DNA of 64,000 bases. Source: Octopus sinensis (Eukaryota). Under the pieces are notes generated by a model. That model was given only the letters and a program-made list of their open reading frames with translations. It had not been told where the DNA came from and ran no database searches. A program made the translations under genes and the position numbers. Each line of letters begins with the position of its first letter. Positions within the stretch are counted from its first letter, which is position 1. The DNA lies in contig NC_043006.1 of the NCBI RefSeq assembly GCF_006345805.1, positions 104,532,001 through 104,596,000 on the forward strand. The letters run 5' to 3'. Shown piece by piece: positions 63,362 through 64,000 of this stretch.

Positions 63362-63617
63362 CGGAGATGTACTTGCAAAGAAGTGACCTGATCTGAGATC
63401 GTGTGCTGGAAAGAAAGCAATTGCAGCGGGGAAGGTGTTTATGAGCCATTTAAAAACACACATAAACCGTTAAATTTAGTTCAACATTTAAATCTAATTT
63501 GCCAAAATATTTTCGTCGTTTTGAGACCGCGACCTGACCACTGACAAAATCCCGTGCTGTATCTGAGAAAGTAACAGTTCACGATATATATGTACGTATA
63601 CATGTGTGTACGTATAT

Positions 63618-63735
63618 ATAGGCGCAGATGCGGTCATATGGTGGTAAGAAGCTTGCTTACCAACCACATGGTTCAAGATTCAGTCCAACTGAGTGGCACC
63701 TCGGGCAAGTGTCTTCTAAAATAGCAAGGTTCGGG
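63618..63735 (+). mobile_element. SINE family A, 5' part
   Basis: taggcgcagatg..tggtaagaagcttgcttaccaaccacatggttc..ggcacctcgggcaagtgtcttct. Confidence 0.85.
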
Positions 63736-63883
63736 AGAACACGTCGCTGCCACAAATTCAGCAGCAACAAACAAACAACTAAGTACGATATCAATCGCGA
63801 ATTCGTCAGCAAAGGACTGCCACTGGTAAAATGGATCTTGGAGTTGGATTGGTAGATTTTCATGAGAAAGAACGAAACCTAAG

Positions 63884-63983
63884 NNNNNNNNNNNNNNNNN
63901 NNNNNNNNNNNNNNNNNNNNNNNNNNNNNNNNNNNNNNNNNNNNNNNNNNNNNNNNNNNNNNNNNNNNNNNNNNNNNNNNNNN
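63884..63983. other. Assembly gap (100 N)
   Basis: Run of N. Confidence 0.99.
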
Positions 63984-64000
63984 TTATAGAAAGGGCTCAG

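Overview
AT-rich eukaryotic DNA packed with microsatellites and repeats. The SINE families and (TA)n/(CA)n/(GATA)n/(AAT)n load point to an octopod cephalopod (inference). A 100-N scaffold gap lies at 63884-63983. Almost all ORF-track ORFs are microsatellite read-outs. Supported content: (1) many tRNA-derived SINEs, MITEs and decayed retroelements (Penelope-like GIY-YIG elements, R4/Dong and HERO RLE elements, an RTE reverse transcriptase, a MULE transposase split by a SINE); (2) small, phase-compatible plus-strand exons of an unidentified gene (29903-30026, 35262-35302, 38730-38781, 48548-48664, candidate ends at 39041 or 55370); (3) an unusual density of candidate self-cleaving ribozymes. These are about ten minimal type I hammerhead folds from several Penelope-LTR-like families, several with an extra A after the CUGANGA core; a tandem 543-nt hammerhead-bounded non-coding unit resembling a retrozyme; and a 496-bp TSD-flanked non-autonomous element whose 5' end coincides with an HDV-like ribozyme fold. 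Many long inverted repeats are also present, including a 22-bp perfect intron-exon duplex that looks like an ADAR editing-complementary element. All folds and splices were read by eye; none has been tested.
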